A DNA stretch of 64,000 nt, taken from contig NW_019028982.1 of assembly GCF_002105155.1 (NCBI RefSeq), positions 744,001-808,000 on the forward strand, written 5' to 3'. Both the position numbers and the translations under genes were made by a program. Origin of the DNA: Lobosporangium transversale (Eukaryota). The notes beneath the pieces were generated by a model, which saw only the letters and a list, made by a program, of their open reading frames with translations, was not told the DNA's origin and did no database searches. Shown one piece after another: positions 12,446-23,574 of the stretch. Within the stretch, counting starts at the first letter, position 1; each line of letters opens with the position of its first letter.

Positions 12446-14538
12446 ATGTTCGAGAAAACAGAATATCAAAACTTCATTGACAAAGTCAATAAGATCCGAA
12501 GCTATGGATTGAACAAGATGCTGACTATACCACAGATCGCTATCCTAGGCGATCAGTCGAGTGGTAAGTCAAGTGTCCTGGAAGCCCTGACAAGGCTCTC
12601 ATTCCCTCGAAATATCGAAACATGGTAAGATTTACGCTCTTGGTTATCTTTTTGTACATGTTTAGTTTTGACATGTACATCTTTACATTTACCTAACGAA
12701 CGCTTTCCTTCGTCTTTAGTACACGCTTCGCCACACAAGTAAGCTTGCGCCAAAGTCCGCGAAAAGAAATGTCCGCTCATATCGATGGCGAAGCTGCATT
12801 CAACAAGCAATACCAGGCGCAAGAGGCGGATTGGAATATCCATACAATTATTAGCGATGCAAATAGAATTCTATGCTCCTATGTAGAGATTAGCGAAAAA
12901 GTGCTTGAGATCACCATCTCTGGTCCTACATTGTCACCTCTCACTGTCATTGATCTTCCCGGTTATATCAATACAACCGTCGATGGGCAGGACAAAAGCA
13001 TAGTGGAGACCATCCGCACAATCAACACCAAGTACATCAAAGACAGTCGCACTATCATCCTGGCAGTAGTTCCTGCTAATGTGGACCTGAACAATATTTT
13101 CGTGCTCGGTGAAGCAGAACGCTACGATCCAAAAAACGAGCGTACAATCCCCATTGTGACAAAGCCCGATACCGTAGAGCCAGACCTGCTTCCCAATTTG
13201 ATCCAAACAGTGCTTAACAAACGCAAGCAAATGCGCCTAGGATACCTCGTCATGAAGAATTCAAGCTACAAAGACATTGACATTCCTTGGGAAGAGGCCA
13301 AAAAACGAGAGGACGAATTTTTTAAGTCGTCGGAGCTGTGGAATCAGGTGCCGGTTACAAGAAGAGGCCGAGTCCATGTGAAGGAGTTCTTGGGTGATCT
13401 CTTATATACCCATATCAAGAAGGAATTGCCGTTCCTGAGAAAGGATATTCTTGATATGATCAAGGAATGCGAAGATGAAATCACCAGCATGGGCCCACCA
13501 GTGTCGAGCATCGCCACAGCTAAGATTAAATACATTGACAATGTCATGAAGCTCAAGTCCTCGCTCATCGCACTTCTCGACGGCAACTACACCTTCGAGT
13601 ACATCAACCAGAACAAACCAAGTCTGGAAAACCAAGATTCAGTGAGCACTGGCCACGGCGATAGTGAAGATGACATGGTGCCCCTTTCTCTCGAAGAGAG
13701 TAGCCATACCTTCCTTCGCTCGTCGTTACAAACCCTGTACCAGCGATACAATGCTGTGATGAACAAGGACAAGTATATACTTGAAAAGGACAAAATTAGT
13801 GAGCTGGTTCTTCGTTACAAGGGAAAAGAGCTACCCGGATTTATCTCGTTCACCACTTTCACACAGATTTACATGGAAACATTAGTTCGATGGAGCGACA
13901 TGACCAAAGTCCATATCGCCAATATGCACCAGTATTTGTACAAGGCCATCTCTAGGTTCATAGCATTCACCGCAGACCCTCTTATCAAAGACACACTTCT
14001 AATAGAATTCGACAGATTCTATAGCTTACAGATAACAAAAATTGAGAGCGAGATTGAGAGCATCTTCATAGACGAGGACACACCTTTCACGATGAACAAG
14101 TATTATTACGATAACATCCTCAAAAGCAGGAAAGCAAAGGCGGAGCAGAAGATAGCAGAACTGGCGAAATTAGGCACTACACCCGACGAATACACCGCCG
14201 AGTATATCAAAAAACTTTTAGAACAACAATTGGAGTCGTATGGCAATCCCTCACAAATATCTGATGTGAACTATAACGAGGAACTTGCAGTTGAGGACCT
14301 ACAAGAGCAATTGCGGTCTTACTGCAAGGTGGTCCGCAAGCGAATTGTTGATGTAGTTCTTCAACAAACTATTGAGCGGCATATGATAAAGCGAATTAAC
14401 CTCTATTTTGAAATGTTAATCGCTGTCGACGAAGATACAATTTCGAGCCGACTCGTGGAGCCACCAGCAAAGCAAGAACGTCGGCAAGAACTACAAGACA
14501 AAGTAGCGGTCTTACGCAAGAGTCTGCTTGCATTATAG
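12446..14538 (+). CDS. Dynamin-related GTPase of Mx-like architecture, 2 exons, about 665 aa
   Basis: Exons 12446-12624 and 12720-14538 join to give ETCTRFATQ (G2). G1 GDQSSGKS, G3 DLPG, G4 TKPD. Stalk has YKGKELPGF; GED has SYCKVVRKRIVDVV. No PH domain, proline-rich tail or TM segment. Confidence 0.9.
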
Positions 14539-15017
14539 TATTTTATGCAGCATCCATTGAGTCAGAGCCATTTGTGTATTGATTCTTCAAATAAAGTTGT
14601 GGAAAAAAAACACTTGCGTGGGCAATTGGCCTGACCAAATTGAACCGGGCAATGTTACATAAGCTTTTTTATTTTTTTTATTTTTTTATTTGGAGCCTTG
14701 GAAGATTTAGTCTTCGCCTCTTGAAGTCGAGAGGGCGCTGAACATGGGGGGCAGGTCCACGTGATATTGTGCTGTCCAATGATATGTTTGGCTAGCACAG
14801 CAGTAGACTAGAGTCACTAGACTATCTTTTTAGTCTTTTCGGTACCGAGGACCGTGCAAACAATTCTCTTTAAATAATGCACTTCCCGTGTCGCAACTGG
14901 ACTACTATCCCTTGTCCTTCTTTACTACCATCATTTTGATTTTAATCCAGGACACATTTTTTGTATCCTATCAATCAACTCTTCCCTTATCATTCTTTTT
15001 TTTTTATATATATTTAA

Positions 15018-15515
15018 ATGGAAGCAAATGAAGATCACAATCTCGAACATACCAAAGTCACACCTGATGATGTGGTGGTCATAGAAGCGCCCCAAGGAAA
15101 AGGAGGACGGAGTTCTTTGCCAATCATCGGAATCTTCAATAAGAACAGCATCATGGAAGACAACGCGGTACTTCGACAATTTAATGACGCTCAGGGTGGC
15201 TGCAGTGAGCAGACTAATTACTTATTATCGAGACAGACAGCAGAGGGTCCGTGGTTGTGGGAGGACGAATTGCTTTCGTCCCTTGGCCTTATCCCTAGCT
15301 TTACAGCGCAGTCGATGGAGGTCCAAGATACCAAATCGTTGTCAGGAACAATTGCGGCAACTGCATTGGTCCTAAAGTACTTTGATAAGCAGTTGAAAGA
15401 CGATTTAGAGCTATGGACAGATAAGTTCGCAAAGGGAGGAGCTTGGTTGCTCGGACAAGTGGGACCAAATAGGCTGGTGGAGCTTTTAGGACAAGCTGAG
15501 GAATTGATTTGTTGA
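15018..15515 (+). CDS. Stand-alone C-terminal domain of VIT-vWA (VWA5A/PARP4-type) proteins, 165 aa
   Basis: LLSRQTAEGPWLWEDELLSSLGL..IAATALVLKYFDKQLKDDLELW..KGGAWL..LLGQAEELI aligns by eye with the C-terminus of the 50378 protein (LLSLQTFEGSWEWKPELFSCLGL..FVATALSIKFFEKKLGKEKDVW..KARSWI..LLNNVDELI). Confidence 0.75.
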   Translation: MEANEDHNLEHTKVTPDDVVVIEAPQGKGGRSSLPIIGIFNKNSIMEDNAVLRQFNDAQGGCSEQTNYLLSRQTAEGPWLWEDELLSSLGLIPSFTAQSMEVQDTKSLSGTIAATALVLKYFDKQLKDDLELWTDKFAKGGAWLLGQVGPNRLVELLGQAEELIC

Positions 15516-16242
15516 ATTTTTTTTAAAATCTTTCTAAATGTTTCATTCTAAAGTCAATAAACAGTCAGATTTTTCGTGGATACCATCTCGCGTGCTTACG
15601 CGAAGTTTCATGCTGCTTCGACACAAAAGCTCCGCCGTTTCTGTTATTTTTTTATTTTTTTATTTTTTATTTCTCAGCGGGCGCTCTTCCTAAATAGCAT
15701 CAGTGTTTCCAGCTGTAGTAAAAATGACTTTTATTTAGAGGCACCGGACAACAGATCTTACACAATACTTCGATTCAAACTGCCATTAAGGCTTTCAGGT
15801 TTTGTAATGTCTCTGTTCTGAATTTACATTAATGCCTCTAATACTAACATAGATGGTGTTTTATACATATATGCAAAAATCGTTTTATCCTTCGTTTTAC
15901 GTCAGTTATGTTTTACATAAAAACCGCATTATCACGAACACGAAAAAGAATAAAATGGGTTGTTACTTGTCGACATTAGCAAGGAAGGCTTCTAGGAAGG
16001 AAAGAGGCGTTTGATCACTCCTAGCGTTATTGGGAGCTGGTTCGCCTTCTACATTCAGGCAAAAGGAGTGAGTCGTAGCGATAGCGATTTATTTACTTAT
16101 TTTTTTATAGCTGTTATTAATCTATGTGTGCAACCGAGAGAGGATGGTGGCCCTTTGTAAAGTAGCCGTTGTAATAGCCGCTTTGGGATCCAATGTGGCT
16201 CCAAGCCGCAAGGATGTTAACCTTTTGCTTGTGCGCCCTGCT

Positions 16243-17229
16243 TCATTGCGTAGGCTGATCTATCCCATCTCTGAAGCAAATGAGAGTCAAGTCTGTTAAG
16301 CTTATTCTCCGTGCCGTAACACCAAAGTTTATGAGAAGTAAGTTATTTCTTTTACCTTGTCTCTTTATAAATGGATACCTGCACTTGCCCACTTTGCATC
16401 CATAACAACGACTAGACTGATGAGGGCCGAGGGTTATAAATGGGCCGCGATCGCAGATAATCTTGTCCCTTACATCCTTCCACAAATCTAACGCAGAACA
16501 AACCCGTTTACAGTAGCTTTCTGCATCAACAGCGGGCACCATGTATCTTTCACATTTTCTGCAACTTTGGGCATAGAGCGTGACCTTGTAGGAGTTGCTG
16601 CTTTTAGAAAACCTTAGATAGGTGGCGATACAGGCTGATTGCCAACTGTGTCCGTTGCATGTTGATGTTTTACAATTGAATTTTCCGAAGATACCGAGGT
16701 TCCTTTTAAGCAGATGTTCATCGTCATCAATGGGATCTTTAGCGTAGAAAATCTGGTATGTTACTATTTTGATCAAATGAGTATGAAGGTGCTCACCGTC
16801 AACCTCTTTAATCTCTTCAAATTCTTCAACCTCTTTTGGAGTAAGTGCCTCAGGCTTTTTCTTTTCCTCTTTGGCGAGTATCTTCTTTGCTGATTCTGGC
16901 TCATCTTTGGTAGACCTCCGGTCCTTAGCTGCTCTTTGTTGGCTAACATCAGTTTTGTCGTCGCTATCACCCCTAGGCTTTAAGTGCTTCGAATGGACGG
17001 CGTTTGCAGAACCAAGGCTTGTTTTTGCAACATCAATATCTACTGTTTGTTTAGTCCCTTGATCATCAGATCTATCGTCTTTAGTATTAACCTTTCGTCC
17101 GACTATGACTGTATAGTAGTTTTGTAGCGGCCAACAGTTCAAATCATTCTTATTTCGGCTCCTCAGATTGTTGAGGGTTGGACCGAAAAGACTACGGTTA
17201 GGGCGGTGAAGCCAACGTAAGGAGTTCAT
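16243..17229 (-). CDS. zf-3CxxC protein (RTP-like), copy 2, 328 aa, intronless
   Basis: FGKFNCKTSTC..WQS, YAQSCRKC..VP, GPHQSSRCYGC..C. Shares the DG-x-x-LH motif with copies 1 and 3. Confidence 0.85.
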   Translation of the reverse strand: MNSLRWLHRPNRSLFGPTLNNLRSRNKNDLNCWPLQNYYTVIVGRKVNTKDDRSDDQGTKQTVDIDVAKTSLGSANAVHSKHLKPRGDSDDKTDVSQQRAAKDRRSTKDEPESAKKILAKEEKKKPEALTPKEVEEFEEIKEVDGEHLHTHLIKIVTYQIFYAKDPIDDDEHLLKRNLGIFGKFNCKTSTCNGHSWQSACIATYLRFSKSSNSYKVTLYAQSCRKCERYMVPAVDAESYCKRVCSALDLWKDVRDKIICDRGPFITLGPHQSSRCYGCKVGKCRYPFIKRQGKRNNLLLINFGVTARRISLTDLTLICFRDGIDQPTQ

Positions 17230-17670
17230 CTAAAGTAGTTTAGATTTAACGAGTTTATAAAACCTAGTTTAGCCAGCGAACTTTGCAGCGTGATCGGCAA
17301 ATATTCTTATAGAATGTTGGTTACAGAGGTTTCTTTCAATACAGCGGTTGTTTCTGGCAATAATGAGGGAGCTCTTTTTTTCTTTTTTTTTTTTTTGTCT
17401 TTCCTGATTAGCGAAGAAAAGCTGGTTTTTTTTAAAAAAAAAAAAATAAAAAAAAAAAATAAAAAACTACAGGCAGTGAGTGAGATGCACTGATGAAAAC
17501 GGTGCTTCAAGTGATTAATCATTCTCGCGCCGTGGGAAACTGATATTCACCATACTTCTGATGTAGCATTATGCATTTCAGGCGACAAGGCCTTGAAGTC
17601 CGATAGCGATATTAGCAGTGAATTCTCTCTCTCTTTTTTTTTTTTTTTTTTTTTTACTTGTGAAACCAAG

Positions 17671-18132
17671 ATGCCCAACCGATCCCATGCGCGCAAGACC
17701 ATCGATGGAGCATTTCTCCATGCCTATATTATGGGACAAGATTCTTACCCTATTTCCTACGACCAGCATATCCGCGCTACAAAGTATAGAGCACTAGCCA
17801 TCTATGGCTCATTCACTTGCCAGTCACTTAGTTGCGCTAGTCGCACTTGGACCTCAGGCATCATCGCCACTGAACTCAAATTTTCGAATGTTGACAACTC
17901 GTACCACACGACTATCCATTCACAGAGATGTAAGGACTGTGAGCAATATGTAGAGCCATCGGTCAATATAGACGATTATACAGAGAAGATACTGTGGGTC
18001 TTGGATTTGTGGAGAGGCCACAGGAAAGCGATAAAACAGACTGATAATAGAAGTTCGGATGGGCCTCATGGCGATGAACGCTGTCATGCATGTGTCGTTG
18101 GTTCGTGTCCTTGGAAGACCAGAAGACGCTGA
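17671..18132 (+). CDS. zf-3CxxC protein (RTP-like), copy 3, 153 aa from the first ATG
   Basis: YGSFTCQSLSC..WTS, HSQRCKDC..EP, GPHGDERCHAC..C. Divergent from copy 2. An upstream exon is possible because poly(T)+AAG precedes the ATG. Confidence 0.8.
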   Translation: MPNRSHARKTIDGAFLHAYIMGQDSYPISYDQHIRATKYRALAIYGSFTCQSLSCASRTWTSGIIATELKFSNVDNSYHTTIHSQRCKDCEQYVEPSVNIDDYTEKILWVLDLWRGHRKAIKQTDNRSSDGPHGDERCHACVVGSCPWKTRRR

Positions 18133-18367
18133 AAGCCGGCGGTTGAGGAACCAATAATAGATATCTTCGCATCAACTTCAAAACAATAGCACATCCAAGA
18201 AAGCCATCTTTGGAGGAAAGATCAATATTGCAACAACATGGTCAATAAATTGTAAATTTCACGTCAATGAAGGCATTGAATACCTATTTTCATGTTGCAC
18301 GAAGCGTTTATTCACAGCATACGATAATATTTTACAATAAAAAAAGCAAGGGGATCATTCTTCCTCA

Positions 18368-21300
18368 TTATTGTTGGACCCCCTGCTTCTCATTAAAGGC
18401 CGCTTCCGTAGCGGCAGTGGCGGGCCTTTGCGACGATACAGGTGCATTAATTCCGTTAGTATCACCTAGTTTCATCGCTGCTGCCTGCTCCTTGGCCTCT
18501 TGCGCTGCCTTCTCGTCTGCACCAGAGCCGCTGCCCATGGCATCAAGTTTTTTAAGACCGTCTTTTCCTTCCCCTTCTACCTCTTCATACTCTCTCTTTT
18601 CCTGCTCCTTGCGATGGAACTCTTCAGGATCCTCAATCGTCTGCCCTTCGCCCTTAGGTACTTCATTCAACGCCTCCAGGGCCTTCAACTTCAAGATAAT
18701 TTCTCGAATATGATCAATGCTATTCCAAACACGTTCCTGTTGGATTTTGCGAGCTTTTTTCTCTGCTAGCTTTTTCCTGCGTGCTGGTGTGCGGACCACT
18801 GCAGCTGTCAATTCAAACGACCAGATCTTGAACAGTTGGACCTTGACCACATCCAAAGCGATAAAGTAGGCAAAGGAGATGAGAAGAACTACGATTGCCT
18901 GAGAGAAAGGGATCTTGGGTGTCAGCCCTCCAAACACAACCATCAGTAGGGCAATGATCTGGGTGCCGATAATTACAGCCGCGAACAGAGGGGATGGAAG
19001 GTTTTCCCAAAAGTAGCCAGCGAGGCGGGTTGAAAAAATCACAAAGTGAGGCGCAGACGAGATGTGCAGATACATCACCGACTCGAGCTTCCTGTATTCC
19101 TCTGGCTCACTCTCGTGGACCGGTGCATAGCCAAAGTGCTTCCAGAAAGTAAAAAAGTGTGCAAACGATAGGGCCGTGAGGCAAATACCAAGGACTATGG
19201 ACATTGTGATCAGTTGGCCAATACGCCATTTGTCAGGATGCGGCGAGAGCTGAGCATTGTCAACTGCAATCACCAATGTCGCCAAATCGTTCAAGATACA
19301 AATCAAAATCAGCAGGCGTGCAGGCAACGACCAATCATAAGCCATGACGACAATAAAGAAGAACATCAAGAAATGGACCGTAGATGTGATACGATAAAGA
19401 GCATAAGATCGCATGCGCTGAAAAATGGCACGAGACGTTAGCAAACCATCAACAATTGTTGATAGACCTGGAGCCAGCAAAACAATGTCTGCAGCAGAAC
19501 GTGCTGCATCCGTGCATCCATGGACAGCGATACCAACGTTGGCTTTTTTGAGAGCAGGAGCATCATTAACACCGTCTCCGGTCATACCGACAATGATGCC
19601 GCGCTTCTGAAGTAGCTCCACTACACGATACTTGTGTTCTGGAATGACCTGTGCAAATCCATCGGCGCGGATACAGTGCTCTGTCACCTCTTCCTCAGAC
19701 TTGTCAGGATCGGCCAAATGGTTAGCATCAAGAATAACACGGGTAAGACCCAGGCGATGAGCGACTTCTTTGGCAATAATCAATTGGTCGCCAGTCACCA
19801 TCTTGACATCTACGCCCATATGGCGGCAGCGGGCAATGGTCTCTGCAGAATCAGGACGAGGAGGATCAATTAGCGAAATCATACCGATCAACTCGAATTC
19901 CTCAGCCGATCCCTTGCGAGTACGGGCAACGCCGAGTGCACGGAGGCCGCGCTTGGCTAGAGCATTAACAGCTCTAACGGCATCATCATCTCCTCCAACG
20001 AGGCGAATAATGACTTGAGGAGCCCCTTTGGCAACCTTGAATGTCTCGTTAGTCTCCTTGTTGATGACCGTAGCCTGCGTGAGTTTGGTATCAGGGTTGA
20101 AAGGCAGGAAAGAAGTGATCTTGTATCCAGGAATATCATGCTTATGAGTACGGTTCTGTAAGAGGGGCAGTTGTTCTTCAGCAGCAGTACGGACAGCGAG
20201 CTCGATCGGATCATTAGCACCAGCCTCAGCAGCAAGGTATGAGTACAAAAGGATATCCTCAGCAGTATAGTTGTTAGTCAGATATGGCTCGTCGAATGTG
20301 AGTTCGTTTAGGGTGAGAGTCCCAGTCTTGTCGGAGCAAAGAACAGAAACAGAAGCCATTTCCTCGACGGCAGTCAGGCGCTTTACAATAACCTGTTTGG
20401 CAGCGAGCTGCTTTGCCCCAACGGCCATGGTCACAGACATGACTGTGGGTAACCCAACAGGGATGGCAGCGACCGTCAGGACCAGGACACGGCCGAGTAC
20501 AGTAAGGAAAGCACCGTCAGGTGTGCCACGGAAATGTACTAGCTGGTAAACCAGGATAATGCCAACAAGGACAACAGTAATGAGGATCAAAAAGTTTCCA
20601 ATGCGATTAATAATTTTTTGAAAGTGGCCTTCTTCTGTGGTGATGGAGATCAGGTTGGCAGCACGGCCGATAAAGGTGTCAGCTCCAGTTTTAGTCACTA
20701 TGGCCATCTGTTGGCCTTGCTTCACGATTGATGATGAGTAGACGACATCACCTTTCTTCTTGGCTACAGGTAGCGATTCCCCTGTCAATGCAGACTGGTC
20801 GATCATCAACTCAGCGTTTGTCTCTTCACCTGAGGCACCCATGCCAAGAAGACGTCCGTCAGCGGGGACAATGTCGCCTAGGCGCAAGACAATGACATCG
20901 CCTGGTACCAACTCAGTAGTATCAAGTTCAACCAAGTGACCATTACGCCAACATCGAGTCTTGAGAGCTAGTGTCTGGCGTAGTGCATCCAGAGCAGACT
21001 CAGCTTTGGACTCTTCAATGAACCCAATGCAGGCATTAACGAGTAAAAGTGCCAAGATGATGCCAAAGTCAAGCCAATCCTACATAGTCATGTTCACAGA
21101 AGGGCACGATTGTCAGCTGTCAACCCACTGAAAAAAAGTGCATATCGTTGCTTCAACGCGCTCCAAAGCCTTCGAAAGCCCCCCCCCCCCCTCCAAACTC
21201 TCAATGAACCTTACCTTAACAACAGCCGAAATGATGCAGGCGACCTCGATCAAGTAAGCGATAGCACCAGTAAAGTATCCTAAAAACTTGAGGATAGGGT

Positions 21301-21727
21301 TCTTTTTGACTTCTTTAAGTTCGTTTGGGCCGAACTCAGCCTTGCGTTTACCGACTTCTTCATCTGATAGGCCCTGCGTAGGATCAGTATGAAGTAGTGC
21401 CTCGAGTTCTGGAGAAATCTGGTCCGTATGCTCATGATGCTCATGCTCTTCCACCTGGAGGTTGCCACCTTTGCCATTTTTTTCGACCATTGTGTTAGTG
21501 GGCCCTGAGGGTGCAGCAGGCACAGCTTCTGATTTAACTGGCGCATCGTTTTTCACTGGCTGGACATTCTCTAGGTTAGCAGGTCTATCCTCTGTTGAAG
21601 CAATTAAAAGTTAGTTGTGTGGCACAGACCAACTGTGGCGAAGCACTACGAAACCCGTGACTGCAATATTATTCATACCCTGTGTCTTTGATTCTTCAGA
21701 CACAATATGTCCGTGCTTGTCTGCCAT
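18368..21727 (-). CDS. PMA1: Plasma-membrane P3A H+-ATPase, 3 exons
   Basis: Exons 21727-21679, 21591-21215, 21079-18368 splice in frame. DQSALTGES, IPVGLP, CSDKTGTLT, KGAPQ, DPPRPDS and MTGDGVNDAPALKKA motifs. Confidence 0.95.
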
Positions 21728-22204
21728 GCTTGACTAGAATGTTCAGTAAGTTGACATACAGTCCTGTCTAGTTAGGAGAAGATAGAAATATAACTGTTAT
21801 TAGTGATTGCTTTCTTTAGTATAAAGATTATCGAATCAATCATGTCGGGGCACTTGATGAAGGCGTACAAGCACACGTATACACAATCCCTCCTCATTCC
21901 TAGATGTCAAATGTAGCTACAGAATTGATAATAGAAGGCATAGGAATCCATAGGCTGCAGCATCTTGCAATGAGCAGCAGAATTCATAAAGATGTAGTTG
22001 TTTTTTCATATTTATTATTGAAGAACGAATACTCCAAAACTCATGTGAACATTTTAATTTCCAACTGAGAAACCAGATGAATTGAAGTACTCTCAGGATA
22101 AAAAAATGGACAATCAATGTCTTGGTTTGCATAAATGTTGGATATGAGCTCAAAACCTCACGTACAATGCAATGCAAGTTGTGTTGCTGTAAGAGTGTAA
22201 GAGG

Positions 22205-22239
<35 letters not shown>

Positions 22240-22744
22240 AAGCAAGAAAAAGAAAAAGAAAAAGAATATGGGTGAATGAGTGTATGGTATAAATGTATTG
22301 GAGTATTCGATTTGGGGTATAGTGACAAGCAAGCAGGCAGGCGAACAAATGGTGGCACGAATTATGAATATGTGGATTGTCAAGAGAGAGAAGAGAATAA
22401 GCAAACAGTGTGCTTTAAATATGTTTTTTTTTATGATCAAACTGCACAGATGAGCATATTTTAAAAATGATGCATGTGGACAATGAAACCGATACACTAA
22501 CTAATTTACTTTGTCTATCAACCTGCAGTAGTCGTTAAATCTTTACATTTTTCCGTTTGATGACTTGAGGACTGCCAAATCTTACACTCGTTAGACTAAA
22601 GAATATTGAACGGATGAATTAACTAACTGTCCAGAAGACTTTTATCATCCATAAGTTTCCTTCAAGAGTATAAAAGGGATCATCAAACATTTGAGTGGTT
22701 TACTTCTGACACACATTGCCAGGAACGAAAAAAAGAAGGGCAAG

Positions 22745-22777
<33 letters not shown>

Positions 22778-23574
22778 CGCGATCTTTCATAAAAGATGAC
22801 TATTGTCCACCATCATCATGATCCATTTTTTTTTTTTTTTTTCCTTTTTTTAATCATAAATAGTGAAATATGGGCCTTGCACATCGTAAGGTGTGTCTTT
22901 ATAGCTTGTGCAATGGGCGTAGTATGTGTAATGGGCGTTGTCTGTGGATCGGGTAAACATAAATCTTCCCTTTCGTCATGATTACCTGGATAGACAATGC
23001 AATGCTGTTAATGTTATTTCGAACAAAGTTGTCTGGTGTCTGTGAAAGTAAATGATTGTGTGTGACATCAAACCATCCTCTTTTGGAACAATTGTGCAAT
23101 AAGCTCGGTGAGCACAATTGATGGACATAAAGCATTGATTATATAAAAAAAGAATGGCAATACAGCCTATCCATGCGAAAATAAGAGGCGTGGGCAAAGT
23201 GGCGAACAACAACTTTTCACTCAATGTAATGAAATATTACATATTAAACATCCCCACCCTAGTGTAACTTGTTGGTCATGTCATGTCATGTCTTGACAGA
23301 CATTGGTCACTTGTTCAGACATGTTGTGATACTGCTCTAACAATCACAATTGTCATGCTGCAGAGGTTGGATTGTCTGTCAACTATCCATGTCACATCAA
23401 AGATGTGGCAACATTTGATCCGGTACTGAAGTGATATTTCGCATAAATAAATATATCCCTGCTACAAACTACCATTGCCTTTGAGATAGGGGGAACCAAG
23501 AGAAAGAAAGAGACGGTGTAAAGGCGCGTAAAGACTTTATTAAATGATTTATGTAGTAAAAATAATTATAAAAC

